From Shigella phage SSG23, in sequence record PQ351811: a DNA stretch of 64,000 nucleotides. One strand, given 5' to 3'. How positions within the stretch are numbered: position 1 is the first letter of the stretch; each line of letters opens with the position of its first letter. Made by a program: the position numbers and the translations under genes. The notes under the pieces are model-generated. The model was not told the origin of the DNA and ran no database searches. It saw only the letters and a program-made list of their open reading frames with translations. Below, in pieces: positions 15,231 to 24,234 of this stretch.

Positions 15231-16010
15231 ATGGCAATTAAAGCAGGTTGGGTCGGATCATCGGCTGTGTCCGAGACTGGTCAACGGTGGATGAGCGCCG
15301 CAATGCAAGCTGTACGCTTAGGCCGTCCGGCGTATATGTCAGCGATGGTCGGACGCTCTAAAGAGATTCATTATAGCATTGGCGCTAGTAACTCTTACAA
15401 TAAAGACACTCTTATTAACTGGATGAAAGCACAAGGATCTACTCCGGTAGTAATTACTATCACAGGTAATATTGTTTCCCAATCTACTGGCGTTCCTTGT
15501 CTTGATTTCCCTAGCTCACTAACAAATGAATATGTAACACTCATTATTAACTCTGGTGTTCATGTCTGGGGGCGTGGTGGTAATGGTGGCAATAACTCCG
15601 CTGGTGGTGCTGGTGGTAATGCAATTAACAACGGTATAGGCACACGCTTGCGCATCACAAATAACGGCGCTATTTGCGGTGGCGGTGGCGGCGGTGGCGG
15701 CGGGTATTATTCTCCTTTTTCACAAATGAAATTGACTTTTGGTGGAGGGGGCGGTCGTCCATTTGGTGCTGCTGGTGGGTCTGCTAATATGGAACAGGGT
15801 GCTACTGCTGGTACTATTTCCGCGCCAGGTAAAGGGTCTGTCAACGGTGTATATAATGGCGGTAACGGTGGTGATGCTGGTGGTGCTGGTGGTAAATGTA
15901 ATATCCGTGGACAGGGGTCGGAATATAATGGCGGAGCGGCTGGTAAGGCTGTTACTGGCAATGCCCCTCGCTGGGATAAAGTAGGCACGATCTACGGTGC
16001 TCGTGTGTAA
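15231..16010 (+). CDS. gp38-like receptor-recognizing adhesin (T2-type, glycine-rich motifs)
   Basis: N-terminus GWVGSSAVSETGQRWMS, NEYVTL, GRGGNGGNNSAGGAGG, poly-Gly GGGGGGGGGYY and further GGNGG blocks as remembered for T2-type gp38. Confidence 0.75.
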   Translation: MAIKAGWVGSSAVSETGQRWMSAAMQAVRLGRPAYMSAMVGRSKEIHYSIGASNSYNKDTLINWMKAQGSTPVVITITGNIVSQSTGVPCLDFPSSLTNEYVTLIINSGVHVWGRGGNGGNNSAGGAGGNAINNGIGTRLRITNNGAICGGGGGGGGGYYSPFSQMKLTFGGGGGRPFGAAGGSANMEQGATAGTISAPGKGSVNGVYNGGNGGDAGGAGGKCNIRGQGSEYNGGAAGKAVTGNAPRWDKVGTIYGARV

Positions 16011-16046
16011 TTTTATGGGCTATCCTTCGGGGTAGCCTTTTTTGTT
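16008..16046 (+). terminator. intrinsic terminator
   Basis: GGGCTATCC-TTCG-GGGTAGCC followed by TTTTTTGTTTT. Confidence 0.65.
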
Positions 16047-16053
16047 TTGGGTG

Positions 16054-16081
16054 TTGACAAAGATAATCACAATGCTATAAT
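16054..16081 (+). promoter_or_regulatory. sigma70-consensus early promoter
   Basis: TTGACA-16-TATAAT; leader with AAGGAGAATCAAAGATG. Confidence 0.7.
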
Positions 16082-16110
16082 GCACGCATACCAACTAAGG
16101 AGAATCAAAG

Positions 16111-16401
16111 ATGACCACTGAACAATTAATCAAACATATCCGCAACATTATTTGGGATCTGTCTGGTGATAAAGAGGAACAAGCTGAACGCATTTTAGCT
16201 AAACTCTATAAGCGCCGTGACCGTGGAGTATCAGCAAAGAAAGTGGAAACTTTCAAAGAGTTATCTTTCATCGAAGCTAAAAGGGATGGATTGATTTATC
16301 AGTTGACAGATGGTTACTGGTGCTATGATAATACTCGTTATGACACAGCAACTGATGCATTAAAAGCATGTAATGACCATCTTCGCAAAACTACCATTTG
16401 A
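16111..16401 (+). CDS. hypothetical early protein
   Basis: Track ORF after promoter. Confidence 0.55.
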   Translation: MTTEQLIKHIRNIIWDLSGDKEEQAERILAKLYKRRDRGVSAKKVETFKELSFIEAKRDGLIYQLTDGYWCYDNTRYDTATDALKACNDHLRKTTI

Positions 16402-16411
16402 GGATTATATT

Positions 16412-16609
16412 ATGAAGGTTAAAACATTGGCTGATATGGATGAGATCGAGACTCAAGTACACGCGGCGTTAGTCGGTTATGAGTTCGGTCGATTCCTTAA
16501 TAAGTTCCATGATTATAAATGTTTAAATTGTGGTGCTCATAACGCAATTGGTGCTTGCTGTATTAATCCTGTTATAGTACCATATAAAAGAAATGAAACA
16601 GAAGAGTGA
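16412..16609 (+). CDS. hypothetical protein
   Basis: Track ORF 16373..16609, ATG 16412 after GAGGATTATATTATG cassette; Cys pairs. Confidence 0.5.
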   Translation: MKVKTLADMDEIETQVHAALVGYEFGRFLNKFHDYKCLNCGAHNAIGACCINPVIVPYKRNETEE

Positions 16610-16619
16610 GGAATATAGA

Positions 16620-17054
16620 ATGAAAAAGTTGATGGCGACCTTTCATGATATGCGAGATCTACCAGGTTTAGAACATGTCGATTTTCCTGTTACTATGGAA
16701 GTGTCGGAATATGACGGTTATCATGATATTCTGTTTATTAAAAACACTGAGTTTATCCGCTTATGCGCTAAACCTGCTGTGCTATACCCAGAAGGAAACC
16801 GGACAGCGGTCAGAAAAACAAATTCTGTTAAATTAGCATTTAGTTCAGATGTTGACTTGGAACCAGCTTTCGGATATACTCCGGTCGAGATCACAAAATC
16901 GAATACTTCATTCGTGAAAGTTGGAGAGAAAACGCATATTTCAACTATGCAAGACGGTACACAATACCTATGGTCCGATTTCTGCCAGCGTTATGAGCGT
17001 TTATCATGGGCTACCCGCTTATGGCGTGTTGAGTATAAGGAGATCACAAAATGA
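16620..17054 (+). CDS. hypothetical protein
   Basis: Track ORF 16593..17054, ATG 16620 after GAGGAA SD. Confidence 0.5.
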   Translation: MKKLMATFHDMRDLPGLEHVDFPVTMEVSEYDGYHDILFIKNTEFIRLCAKPAVLYPEGNRTAVRKTNSVKLAFSSDVDLEPAFGYTPVEITKSNTSFVKVGEKTHISTMQDGTQYLWSDFCQRYERLSWATRLWRVEYKEITK

Positions 17055-17305
17055 TCACCGGATATATTCCATATTCAACGACAAAACACATTGTCGGTTT
17101 TGAAAACATAGAAAAGTCTTGCTTTCCTCTCAAGGTTGAAGTAGACTTTATTACAGCGAACGGATGGGCTTACGTTACCGTGGAAGAGATGAAACGCTTA
17201 GGGTGGGAAAATTGCATACACCTACCGCATCTTATCCTAGATGTTCGCGCTGGTGAGATTGATATTGATGGAAAGATCTATGGAGACAATGTAAATGAAA
17301 ATTGA
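17051..17305 (+). CDS. hypothetical protein
   Basis: Track ORF; AAGGAG SD; ATGA overlap. Confidence 0.5.
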   Translation: MITGYIPYSTTKHIVGFENIEKSCFPLKVEVDFITANGWAYVTVEEMKRLGWENCIHLPHLILDVRAGEIDIDGKIYGDNVNEN

Positions 17306-17555
17306 AATTATTGACCGTGCTGGGTATACTTTCATGGAAAAAGTTAAACTTCCTATCATTGTTGAAGGTCGCCCCTACTATCAAGGATTCTTTATAACGA
17401 CCAGAGAACTACGAAAGGCTGGTGTTCCTGTTGAATCCTGTTTCTGTGATGATTATGAATGGTGTTTCAGTGGCTTACGTGCGTGCAAAGCCAAAGAAGA
17501 AGCACGAAAAACATCATGGTTTACTCGCTTTAATAACTGGTTGAGGAAGCTGTGA
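17295..17555 (+). CDS. hypothetical protein
   Basis: Track ORF; GGAGA SD. Confidence 0.5.
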   Translation: MKIEIIDRAGYTFMEKVKLPIIVEGRPYYQGFFITTRELRKAGVPVESCFCDDYEWCFSGLRACKAKEEARKTSWFTRFNNWLRKL

Positions 17556-17893
17556 TGAACGAACCGAAAATGTATTTGTTGCTGAATGATTCAGGATATA
17601 CCTTTCTACAAGGTGTCGAGCGTGATTCCCGTCCGATTGTATATGGCAAGGAACATCCGACCATTCCTGGGGTCATTCTTGTTACGACAACATCACTGCG
17701 TCGAGTGTCGGAAAGTCCATACCTACAAAACGTAAAGCAAGACCGAGAATGGGCTTTCGAGTTAGGTAAAGATCTTGTTGAGTGGGTAAACTGTGAAGAC
17801 AAGAACCAACGAAATCATGAAAAGAAGATTGCACGACTTGAACATAGAAGAAAACTTGATGAAATCAAAAACAGGATTCTACAATCAATGTAA
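17555..17893 (+). CDS. hypothetical protein
   Basis: Track ORF 17552 (GTG), ATG 17555 after GAGGAAG SD. Confidence 0.5.
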   Translation: MNEPKMYLLLNDSGYTFLQGVERDSRPIVYGKEHPTIPGVILVTTTSLRRVSESPYLQNVKQDREWAFELGKDLVEWVNCEDKNQRNHEKKIARLEHRRKLDEIKNRILQSM

Positions 17894-18113
17894 CAGGGTA
17901 TTCATTGTCCTTCTGGATTCAGAAAACTATCCAGAACTCTCTAAAACGCGTTTTCCGTGCGTTGTTGAAGCACACAAGGCATATGCACCAGATAAACAGT
18001 TTATCGTGATGGCGAGCGAAATAGAGCGGTTAGGGGCGATTCCTAAACATGATGAATATGTGTTTCGTAAGGCGTTCTCTGTGCCTCATTTTGGTGTAGA
18101 GTTAATTCACTAA
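17859..18113 (+). CDS. hypothetical protein (start uncertain)
   Basis: Track ORF 17793..18113 overlapping upstream gene; most 3-prime in-frame ATG chosen. Confidence 0.35.
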   Translation: MKSKTGFYNQCNRVFIVLLDSENYPELSKTRFPCVVEAHKAYAPDKQFIVMASEIERLGAIPKHDEYVFRKAFSVPHFGVELIH

Positions 18114-18129
18114 AATCATAAAAAAGTTG

Positions 18130-18158
18130 TTGACAGGGGATCGCCGATCCCCTATACT
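18130..18158 (+). promoter_or_regulatory. sigma70-like early promoter (PeSL-like cassette)
   Basis: TTGACA then palindromic spacer GGGGATCGCCGATCCCC then TATACT; conserved leader. Confidence 0.7.
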
Positions 18159-18199
18159 ACACACATCAAAACGAAACACACTTTTTAAGGAGAATCAAA

Positions 18200-18478
18200 A
18201 TGAGCAACCTGTCTTTCGCTAAAGTAGAAATTTCTAAAACTCGCGGTGGCATCAAAATCAAAACTTCCAATATCACTTCCTGCCGTGGTTGCGACCAGTT
18301 TGCGCGTGACCTTGCTGTGAAGCTGGGTATGAAAACCTTTACGGTGGAGAGCGGATCTAACTGGACCACTCTGATTGTTACTGCCGCTTGGATCAATGGC
18401 GAGTATGTAGAAAAAGCATACTTTGACATTTTCTATGACTATGAAGAAAAATGCTTTTACGCACTGCAAGACATGTAA
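18200..18478 (+). CDS. hypothetical early protein
   Basis: Track ORF after promoter and AAGGAGAATCAAAATG. Confidence 0.55.
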   Translation: MSNLSFAKVEISKTRGGIKIKTSNITSCRGCDQFARDLAVKLGMKTFTVESGSNWTTLIVTAAWINGEYVEKAYFDIFYDYEEKCFYALQDM

Positions 18479-18488
18479 GGAGGATAAT

Positions 18489-18797
18489 GTGACAACACAA
18501 GATATTGTTAATGTGCTTTATATTTGGCCTACTGGTGCAATGATCTCGTATCTTATATTCTGCTTGTATGCCAGATTCGACAAGAACACGAAAGAGATCG
18601 ATACAGGAGCATTTTGTATTGCTGCAATCATCTGGCCTATAACGTGGACCGTAGTTTATGTTGTTATGTGTTATAAAGGGCTGAAATGTTTTGGTTTGAT
18701 GATCGCGGGTAAACCGGAAGCGAAGCCGCGCAAGCATACCGGATTTACCCCAAAACAAGAAGACGACGGTCGATATAAACCGGAAGAAGATTTTTAA
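18489..18797 (+). CDS. small membrane protein (GTG start)
   Basis: Track ORF 18423..18797; AAGGAGG SD 7 nt upstream of GTG 18489; two hydrophobic segments. Confidence 0.45.
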   Translation: MTTQDIVNVLYIWPTGAMISYLIFCLYARFDKNTKEIDTGAFCIAAIIWPITWTVVYVVMCYKGLKCFGLMIAGKPEAKPRKHTGFTPKQEDDGRYKPEEDF

Positions 18798-18805
18798 AAA
18801 AACAG

Positions 18806-18834
18806 TTGACATGAAAATGCGGTTATCCTATAAT
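18806..18834 (+). promoter_or_regulatory. sigma70-consensus early promoter
   Basis: TTGACA-17-TATAAT. Confidence 0.7.
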
Positions 18835-18868
18835 AGCCGCATCAAATGAACGATGTGAGGATTATATT

Positions 18869-19177
18869 ATGTTTATCTCTTCTGCTACTCCAGTTAAAGT
18901 TTATGGCGAAACTGTGTATCTTCCGGCTGGCTATCGCTATGTTATTGTTGACCGTTACGGTGTAGTATATGCTTTTAAAGGCCGTCCGGTTGAGATTGAT
19001 GCTGAATATTGTACATGGGGATATAAAGCCGCATACATGGATATTCCTGATCTTGGAGTGCGCTTAGGAAGATTTGATAATGATGTTAAACCATGCTTGA
19101 TTAAGTATGCATCCTATGGTAAAACTGTTAAACCAAATAGCGTCGGCTGGATTGATGACGGCGTTAACGTGAAATAA
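18869..19177 (+). CDS. hypothetical protein
   Basis: Track ORF after promoter and GAGGATTATATTATG cassette. Confidence 0.55.
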   Translation: MFISSATPVKVYGETVYLPAGYRYVIVDRYGVVYAFKGRPVEIDAEYCTWGYKAAYMDIPDLGVRLGRFDNDVKPCLIKYASYGKTVKPNSVGWIDDGVNVK

Positions 19178-19191
19178 TGTGAGGTGAATTT

Positions 19192-19485
19192 ATGTTGTCT
19201 ACTCGTAAAATGGTTGTTGGTGTCGCTGAAAATGCTTTAGAAATCGCTGATGAGGCTTTGACCGTCGCTTATGTTCGACGTGAAGAACTGCTACTGAAAC
19301 ACGCGGACCTGTTGGCTGAAATGAAAGAGACTGCGAAAGCTGGTAAAAGCACGCTCGCGATCGCCATTAAACTTGCTGGTAGTGAAGATGAGATCGTGGA
19401 TATCCACACTAAGATCAAGGAAGTGGAAAAACACTATGAAATGCTGCGACACAATCTTGATGAACTTGGGGTAAATCATGGCTAA
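19192..19485 (+). CDS. hypothetical protein
   Basis: Track ORF; SD GAGGTG. Confidence 0.5.
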   Translation: MLSTRKMVVGVAENALEIADEALTVAYVRREELLLKHADLLAEMKETAKAGKSTLAIAIKLAGSEDEIVDIHTKIKEVEKHYEMLRHNLDELGVNHG

Positions 19486-19699
19486 GTTACGATCTGGACG
19501 AGTTTTAACTCTGGTTGAATTGAGAGAAAAGGGATTAGACCCCGATTCTGTCGGTATTAGACCTATTAATTACATTCTGTTTCTAGAGGGTAAACTCTTT
19601 ACTAATGCTCATTCAGCATTAAATGCACCACATTTTTATAAGTGCAATGACTTTAACGGCTATATCGTTCCAGAATATTTCTTAGAATTTGATGATTAG
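19478..19699 (+). CDS. hypothetical protein
   Basis: Track ORF overlapping upstream stop. Confidence 0.45.
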   Translation: MAKLRSGRVLTLVELREKGLDPDSVGIRPINYILFLEGKLFTNAHSALNAPHFYKCNDFNGYIVPEYFLEFDD

Positions 19700-19985
19700 T
19701 ATAAAACACTCACCGACCGGAAAGGGGTCGGTGATCTTTAATGACGATAAGCCGTTAATCTTAATTCGAAATGGTGACTGGACATTACATGATACCCGTG
19801 TTACTATCCATTCACCGCCTAAAGAGATTCAACGGGAATTGGTTAGGATTGCCCTAACCGACAAGCATAAAGATGCGGTAGGTTATTCTCTTCTGAAATT
19901 GGGTGTTGACTTTCCTTTCGAGTATACGCTAACATTCAGAGAGCAGTCAGTGAAGCTAACAGAGATTCTATTCTCTGAGATATGA
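19692..19985 (+). CDS. hypothetical protein (start uncertain)
   Basis: Track ORF 19689..19985; no clear SD; hairpin CACCGACC..GGTCGGTG near 5-prime end. Confidence 0.4.
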   Translation: MISIKHSPTGKGSVIFNDDKPLILIRNGDWTLHDTRVTIHSPPKEIQRELVRIALTDKHKDAVGYSLLKLGVDFPFEYTLTFREQSVKLTEILFSEI

Positions 19986-19995
19986 GGATTATATA

Positions 19996-20424
19996 ATGGT
20001 TTATCCAACTCCTAGTAAGATTTACATTGATGATACCCATTTTATGGTTGATATGATGGGTATAAAGTTTAGTGGTAATGTTAAAATTGTAGAGTGGGAA
20101 TTGCACGGTCAACCTGTCATCGATTATGACCATTACATTCCTTTTTTGGGTGATGACAATTTTGTCTCGTTTGACCATGAAGGTTACATGATCTTTGAAC
20201 AGTCTGACGTACCTTTGTATCTGGCAATGATGCAAATTCCTACGAAGGTTTCTGTTGTTGAGGGTGATTGCGATTGCTGCGGTTGGTATACTGTAACAGA
20301 TATTAAGTTGCCATCCGGTAAAGAACTCTACAACGAAGACCATTTTGGAAACTGTAACTTTCCGTGTGATTGGGATGAATTTTTCGAACTGGTAGAAACT
20401 GAAAGAACTTATTTAAGGAAGTGA
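19996..20424 (+). CDS. Cys-rich hypothetical protein
   Basis: Track ORF after GAGGATTATATAATG; GDCDCCGW and C..C motifs. Confidence 0.55.
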   Translation: MVYPTPSKIYIDDTHFMVDMMGIKFSGNVKIVEWELHGQPVIDYDHYIPFLGDDNFVSFDHEGYMIFEQSDVPLYLAMMQIPTKVSVVEGDCDCCGWYTVTDIKLPSGKELYNEDHFGNCNFPCDWDEFFELVETERTYLRK

Positions 20425-20426
20425 TA

Positions 20427-21239
20427 ATGAAGAAAGTATTAGGTTTAATTCCCTATACTGGCAATAAAGAAAAGTTATTACCGACAATTAGTAAGTATTT
20501 CCCTAAGCACTACAAACGCTTTGTTGATGCCTTTTGTGGTGGCTTGAGCGTGTCTCTGTACGTCGAAGGTGATGTGCTGGCTAATGACTATGATCACCAA
20601 TTAATTGACGCTTACAAGGCCATTGACGAGTGTCCTGATCCGGTTTCTACGATCAAGCGGATTATTGCCGAAAATGGTTTGTCTCGCGAAGATAAAGACG
20701 CTTACATGACATTCCGTAAGAAGTATAACGAGAATCCAGATCCGCTATCGCTGTTTGTGTTGATTCAGCATAGTTTTAGCAACATTAACCGCCATAACCG
20801 GAAGGGCGAATTTAATGCTAATTTTGGTCGCCGGACTTTTAACGAAAACGCGGTAGAGCGTGTCCTGAATTTTAAGGAAGAAAACAAAGACGGTCGAATC
20901 ATTTTTACTTCTGGACGATATGACGAGATCGAGATCTTGCCAGGTGATTTCGTTTATTTGGACCCGCCGTATCTTATCACTTCTGCGGAATATAATAAGT
21001 TCTGGAGTGACGAGGAAGAGATTAAATTCTATCAGTGGGTAGAATCTATTATGGCGCGTGGTTTTCAGTTTGGTATCAGTAATGTCACGCATCATAAGGG
21101 AAAGGTAAATGATCATCTTCTTGACTTTATCAAGCGGAATGATCTAAACTGCGTCCTGTTGAATAAGACCTATTGCCTAGATCGTTCAGGTGGCAAGTCT
21201 TCTGATACGCAAGAAGTTTATGTAACTAACGTAGATTGA
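20427..21239 (+). CDS. dam: DNA adenine methyltransferase (Dam, N6-adenine GATC-type)
   Basis: Motif I FCGGLSV and motif IV DPPY; close to remembered T4 Dam along full length. Confidence 0.9.
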   Translation: MKKVLGLIPYTGNKEKLLPTISKYFPKHYKRFVDAFCGGLSVSLYVEGDVLANDYDHQLIDAYKAIDECPDPVSTIKRIIAENGLSREDKDAYMTFRKKYNENPDPLSLFVLIQHSFSNINRHNRKGEFNANFGRRTFNENAVERVLNFKEENKDGRIIFTSGRYDEIEILPGDFVYLDPPYLITSAEYNKFWSDEEEIKFYQWVESIMARGFQFGISNVTHHKGKVNDHLLDFIKRNDLNCVLLNKTYCLDRSGGKSSDTQEVYVTNVD

Positions 21240-21247
21240 GGTATAAT

Positions 21248-21529
21248 ATGGTAGAAATTTTTGGTTTTGAAGGTTACAACTGTAAGTATTGCCAGAATGC
21301 AAAGCGCCTTTGTGAATCGCGTAAGATCCCTTACATCTACATTCCGGTTAATGATGGTGTAGACGAAAACGGTCGTCCGGTAAAGATTGATTCTATCATT
21401 GCCGACATTCAGGATCGCGCAGGGGTAGAAGTTATTGCCACCATGCCGCAGATTTTCTATAATGGTGATTATATAGGTGGTTTTGATGAGTTCAGATCCT
21501 TTGTAGTCAAAAACAAGATTAATGGTTAA
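21248..21529 (+). CDS. nrdC: glutaredoxin/thioredoxin (NrdC-like)
   Basis: Active-site C..C (CKYCQNA) in glutaredoxin-sized 93-aa protein; GAGGTATAATATG start; between dam and gene 49. Confidence 0.7.
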   Translation: MVEIFGFEGYNCKYCQNAKRLCESRKIPYIYIPVNDGVDENGRPVKIDSIIADIQDRAGVEVIATMPQIFYNGDYIGGFDEFRSFVVKNKING

Positions 21530-21553
21530 ATACCTTCTTTGGAGGGTGAATTT

Positions 21554-22027
21554 ATGTTACTGACTGCTAAGAGTGCTAAAGAGTACAAACAAGAACTATT
21601 CGAAAAACAAGGGGGCATTTGCCCCCTTTGTCAATTACCACTTTTTGAGGATATGAGCAAAAACCATCTTGACCATGATCATGATCTAGATGGGAAAGGG
21701 CAAGGCCGCGTAAGGGGATTGCTTCATTCGTGTTGCAACCGCCTAGAAGGATCGTTGACCGGAGACTTTAAACGGTTTGGTGTTGGTGCTTTAGGTGCTG
21801 ATTTCGTTGTTTGGGCTACAAACTATGTTAATTACATCAAAGGAGACTACACCAACAATCATTTACATCCTCAATATGCTGTTGATAAAGTAAAACGATT
21901 TTCACGCTTGACACGCGCGGAGATGGTTGCTATTATGGACGCAGAAGGTTTCGATTACTGCGACGCTGATACACGAGAAGAAATCACGAAGAAGTATAAG
22001 AAACAATTCATACAAAGATTAAGATAG
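21554..22027 (+). CDS. 49: recombination endonuclease VII (Holliday junction resolvase)
   Basis: MLLTAKSAKEY...CPLCQ..NHLDHDHDL..GKGQGRVRGLLHSCCN matches remembered T4 gp49 zinc/H-N-H region. Confidence 0.85.
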   Translation: MLLTAKSAKEYKQELFEKQGGICPLCQLPLFEDMSKNHLDHDHDLDGKGQGRVRGLLHSCCNRLEGSLTGDFKRFGVGALGADFVVWATNYVNYIKGDYTNNHLHPQYAVDKVKRFSRLTRAEMVAIMDAEGFDYCDADTREEITKKYKKQFIQRLR

Positions 22028-22030
22028 TAG

Positions 22031-22059
22031 TTGACAATAAGAAATGGGAGTAGTAAAAT
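22031..22059 (+). promoter_or_regulatory. sigma70-like early promoter (PeSL-like cassette)
   Basis: TTGACA-17-TAAAAT with inverted repeat GGGAGTA/TACTCCC. Confidence 0.65.
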
Positions 22060-22090
22060 ACTCCCATCTAATCAAGAAGGAGAATCAACA

Positions 22091-22351
22091 ATGCGTAAGA
22101 TGTTTAAAGCTGGTGTGGCCTATGTTTTTAAATCTGAGCAAGCACATAAAGACTTCTTAGATGATGAATACGAAGGGGTGAAAGATACCTACGAAGTCAT
22201 CAAGAATGGGTTTACTGTTCTTAAAGTGTCACCTGTTGGTTATGTAAGTGAAATAGCGGTTGATGGGAAAACATACACCGCTAAAGACTTTGACCCGCGT
22301 TGGGAATTTATGCTGCTTCCGTGTGAGCGCATTCTGTTCCGTGCTGTTTAA
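22091..22351 (+). CDS. paralog family B member (single N-module)
   Basis: Track ORF 22031..22351, ATG 22091 after AAGGAGAATCAACAATG; GFTVLKV..DGKTYTAKDF module. Confidence 0.55.
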   Translation: MRKMFKAGVAYVFKSEQAHKDFLDDEYEGVKDTYEVIKNGFTVLKVSPVGYVSEIAVDGKTYTAKDFDPRWEFMLLPCERILFRAV

Positions 22352-22377
22352 TTAGTGAAATGATAGAGGATTATATT

Positions 22378-22938
22378 ATGGTACAGAAAACGTATAAATT
22401 GTATCCGGCTAAGTCTTCAAATGATGCTGTTTTTGAACGAGGTCGTTATTACACTTTCCGTAGTGCAGAAACAGCCGCAGAATTTATCAAACGATGTCCG
22501 CAACATAATAAGTTCTTGTATGACGTGCTTTGTAACGGCTTTAAAGTTCTCACTGTTGATGCGATGGGGCGTGTGTATCTGGTAGAAACTCATGGGTATG
22601 AAGGTGCATCTGTTCTGATTGCTGCAAACGAGCGCAAATACTTTAAACGCATCACTAAAAAGCAGTTTGAAGAAATGAAACCAGTTAAGAAAGAAGAATC
22701 TCTGGAAGATCTGATTAACTTGTTTGGTAAAGTTCGCTCTATCTCCTTTGCGATTGAAGATGACATTACCGACAATAAAATCTTTGTCAAGAACGCGGAA
22801 GACCTGAAAGAGTTCCTTATTGAAAATAGATCTCGACTGGAAACCTTTCTTGAAAGTGAAATTATTCGACATGATACCTACGCTAAATTCAGCGCCGAGA
22901 AAGTGGAAGAACTGAAAGAGATTAAAAAGTCACTTTAA
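22378..22938 (+). CDS. paralog family B member
   Basis: ATG after GAGGATTATATTATG; GFKVLTVD..NERKYFKRI.. plus helical C-module LEDLINLFG...LKEFL. Confidence 0.55.
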   Translation: MVQKTYKLYPAKSSNDAVFERGRYYTFRSAETAAEFIKRCPQHNKFLYDVLCNGFKVLTVDAMGRVYLVETHGYEGASVLIAANERKYFKRITKKQFEEMKPVKKEESLEDLINLFGKVRSISFAIEDDITDNKIFVKNAEDLKEFLIENRSRLETFLESEIIRHDTYAKFSAEKVEELKEIKKSL

Positions 22939-22941
22939 CGC

Positions 22942-22970
22942 TTGACATGATGAAACGGGAGTAGTAAGAT
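22942..22970 (+). promoter_or_regulatory. sigma70-like early promoter (PeSL-like cassette)
   Basis: TTGACA-17-TAAGAT with GGGAGTA/TACTCCC inverted repeat. Confidence 0.65.
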
Positions 22971-23001
22971 ACTCCCATCTAAACAACGAGAGGATTATAT
23001 T

Positions 23002-24180
23002 ATGGCTAAATTCTTTGAAGGTCATTACTATGCATTCCGTGAAGGCGGTAAAGATGAGTTTCTAGACTTTTCTCGCTATTCAATTATTCTGACCGATGCT
23101 TCGCGCCGTGGTCATATTCGAGTTGCTGAAATCGTAGAAAAGGGCTTTAAAGTATTAGAAAAAGATGACCACGGTCATGTTATTACTATTGAAGCTGGAG
23201 ATGTAGTTTATTCCGCTGAGGATATCGTTTATTATTGGTCTACTATGATTATGCACAATGAGCGCAAATACTTTAAACGTATCTCAAAAGAGGCATACGA
23301 AGCGATGAACAAGAAAGAGGATGCAATGCCGACTTACTTTGAAAAAGGTAAATGTTATTCGTTTACCCCAGAAGGTTTGCAAGAATTTAAGCGATTCTGG
23401 GGAGAGCATGACCCAGAACACAAAGAAGCCATGAAACTTGCTGATTTTGTCGAATATGGCTTTTTGGTTGAAGAAGAATTGCACGGATCAGCTACCATGA
23501 TCACCGCGAAAGGTGAAACCGTTAAGGCAGATCGTTTTTGTGATCAATGGGCTTGTGTGTTTGACGGTGGCGAATTTGAATACTTCGCGGAAATCACCAA
23601 CCATCAATTTCATTCTATGCAAGCGGAAGGTCAGCGATTTAAAGTAGGCGAACGCTACAAGCCAAATCAGCATAATTTGCCTCATTGGTTTAACACTGAA
23701 ACCGTATCCAGCCATGTTATTGAAATTGTTCAAAAGCTGGAACATGGATTTAAGGTAACTAAAGTAGATCCTTTCGGAAGTGTTGACGCGGTTGAAGTTG
23801 ATGGTGTAGAATATACTCCCAAATCTTTCGGGCTTTGCTGGTATCATCTGATCAGCAATGATGAACGTTATAACTTTGTTGAACTGCCATCTGAACCGGA
23901 AGAAGCACTAGAGGATCATGATCATCTATCTGAACTGGTTAAGCTGTTTGGTGATCTGCCGGATGGTGTAGGGGTGGCGGTAATGGGTGAAGGTGCGGTT
24001 ATCCGAAACCTGAAAGACTTTAAAAAGTTCTTGATTGACATGCTGCCTAAACTTGATGATAATCTCGATACAGATATTCAGAATCGCAAAGAAATTGTTA
24101 AAGAGACTGAAAAAGAGATCGAAGCGATTCGAGCAATTCGCCAGAAGGTGAAAGCAGTAAAGAAAAAAGTTCGTGCTTGA
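23002..24180 (+). CDS. paralog family B member (multi-module, 392 aa)
   Basis: Repeated GFKV..D..G.V...V.G..Y modules, NERKYFKRI, C-terminal LSELVKLFG..LKDFKKFL helical module. Confidence 0.6.
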   Translation: MAKFFEGHYYAFREGGKDEFLDFSRYSIILTDASRRGHIRVAEIVEKGFKVLEKDDHGHVITIEAGDVVYSAEDIVYYWSTMIMHNERKYFKRISKEAYEAMNKKEDAMPTYFEKGKCYSFTPEGLQEFKRFWGEHDPEHKEAMKLADFVEYGFLVEEELHGSATMITAKGETVKADRFCDQWACVFDGGEFEYFAEITNHQFHSMQAEGQRFKVGERYKPNQHNLPHWFNTETVSSHVIEIVQKLEHGFKVTKVDPFGSVDAVEVDGVEYTPKSFGLCWYHLISNDERYNFVELPSEPEEALEDHDHLSELVKLFGDLPDGVGVAVMGEGAVIRNLKDFKKFLIDMLPKLDDNLDTDIQNRKEIVKETEKEIEAIRAIRQKVKAVKKKVRA

Positions 24181-24205
24181 CATGCGAAGGGAGTATGCTA
24201 TAATA
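24177..24205 (+). promoter_or_regulatory. sigma70-consensus early promoter
   Basis: TTGACA (overlapping upstream stop), spacer with GGGAGTAT/ATACTCCC repeat, TATAAT. Confidence 0.7.
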
Positions 24206-24234
24206 CTCCCACTTAACAACGAGAGGATTATATT

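Noticed and set aside
15707-15988. ORFs 15707..15988 (-) and 15739..15984 (+) inside the glycine-rich adhesin gene
   Set aside because: Artefacts of GGN/GCC repeat composition in alternative frames of the gp38-like gene.
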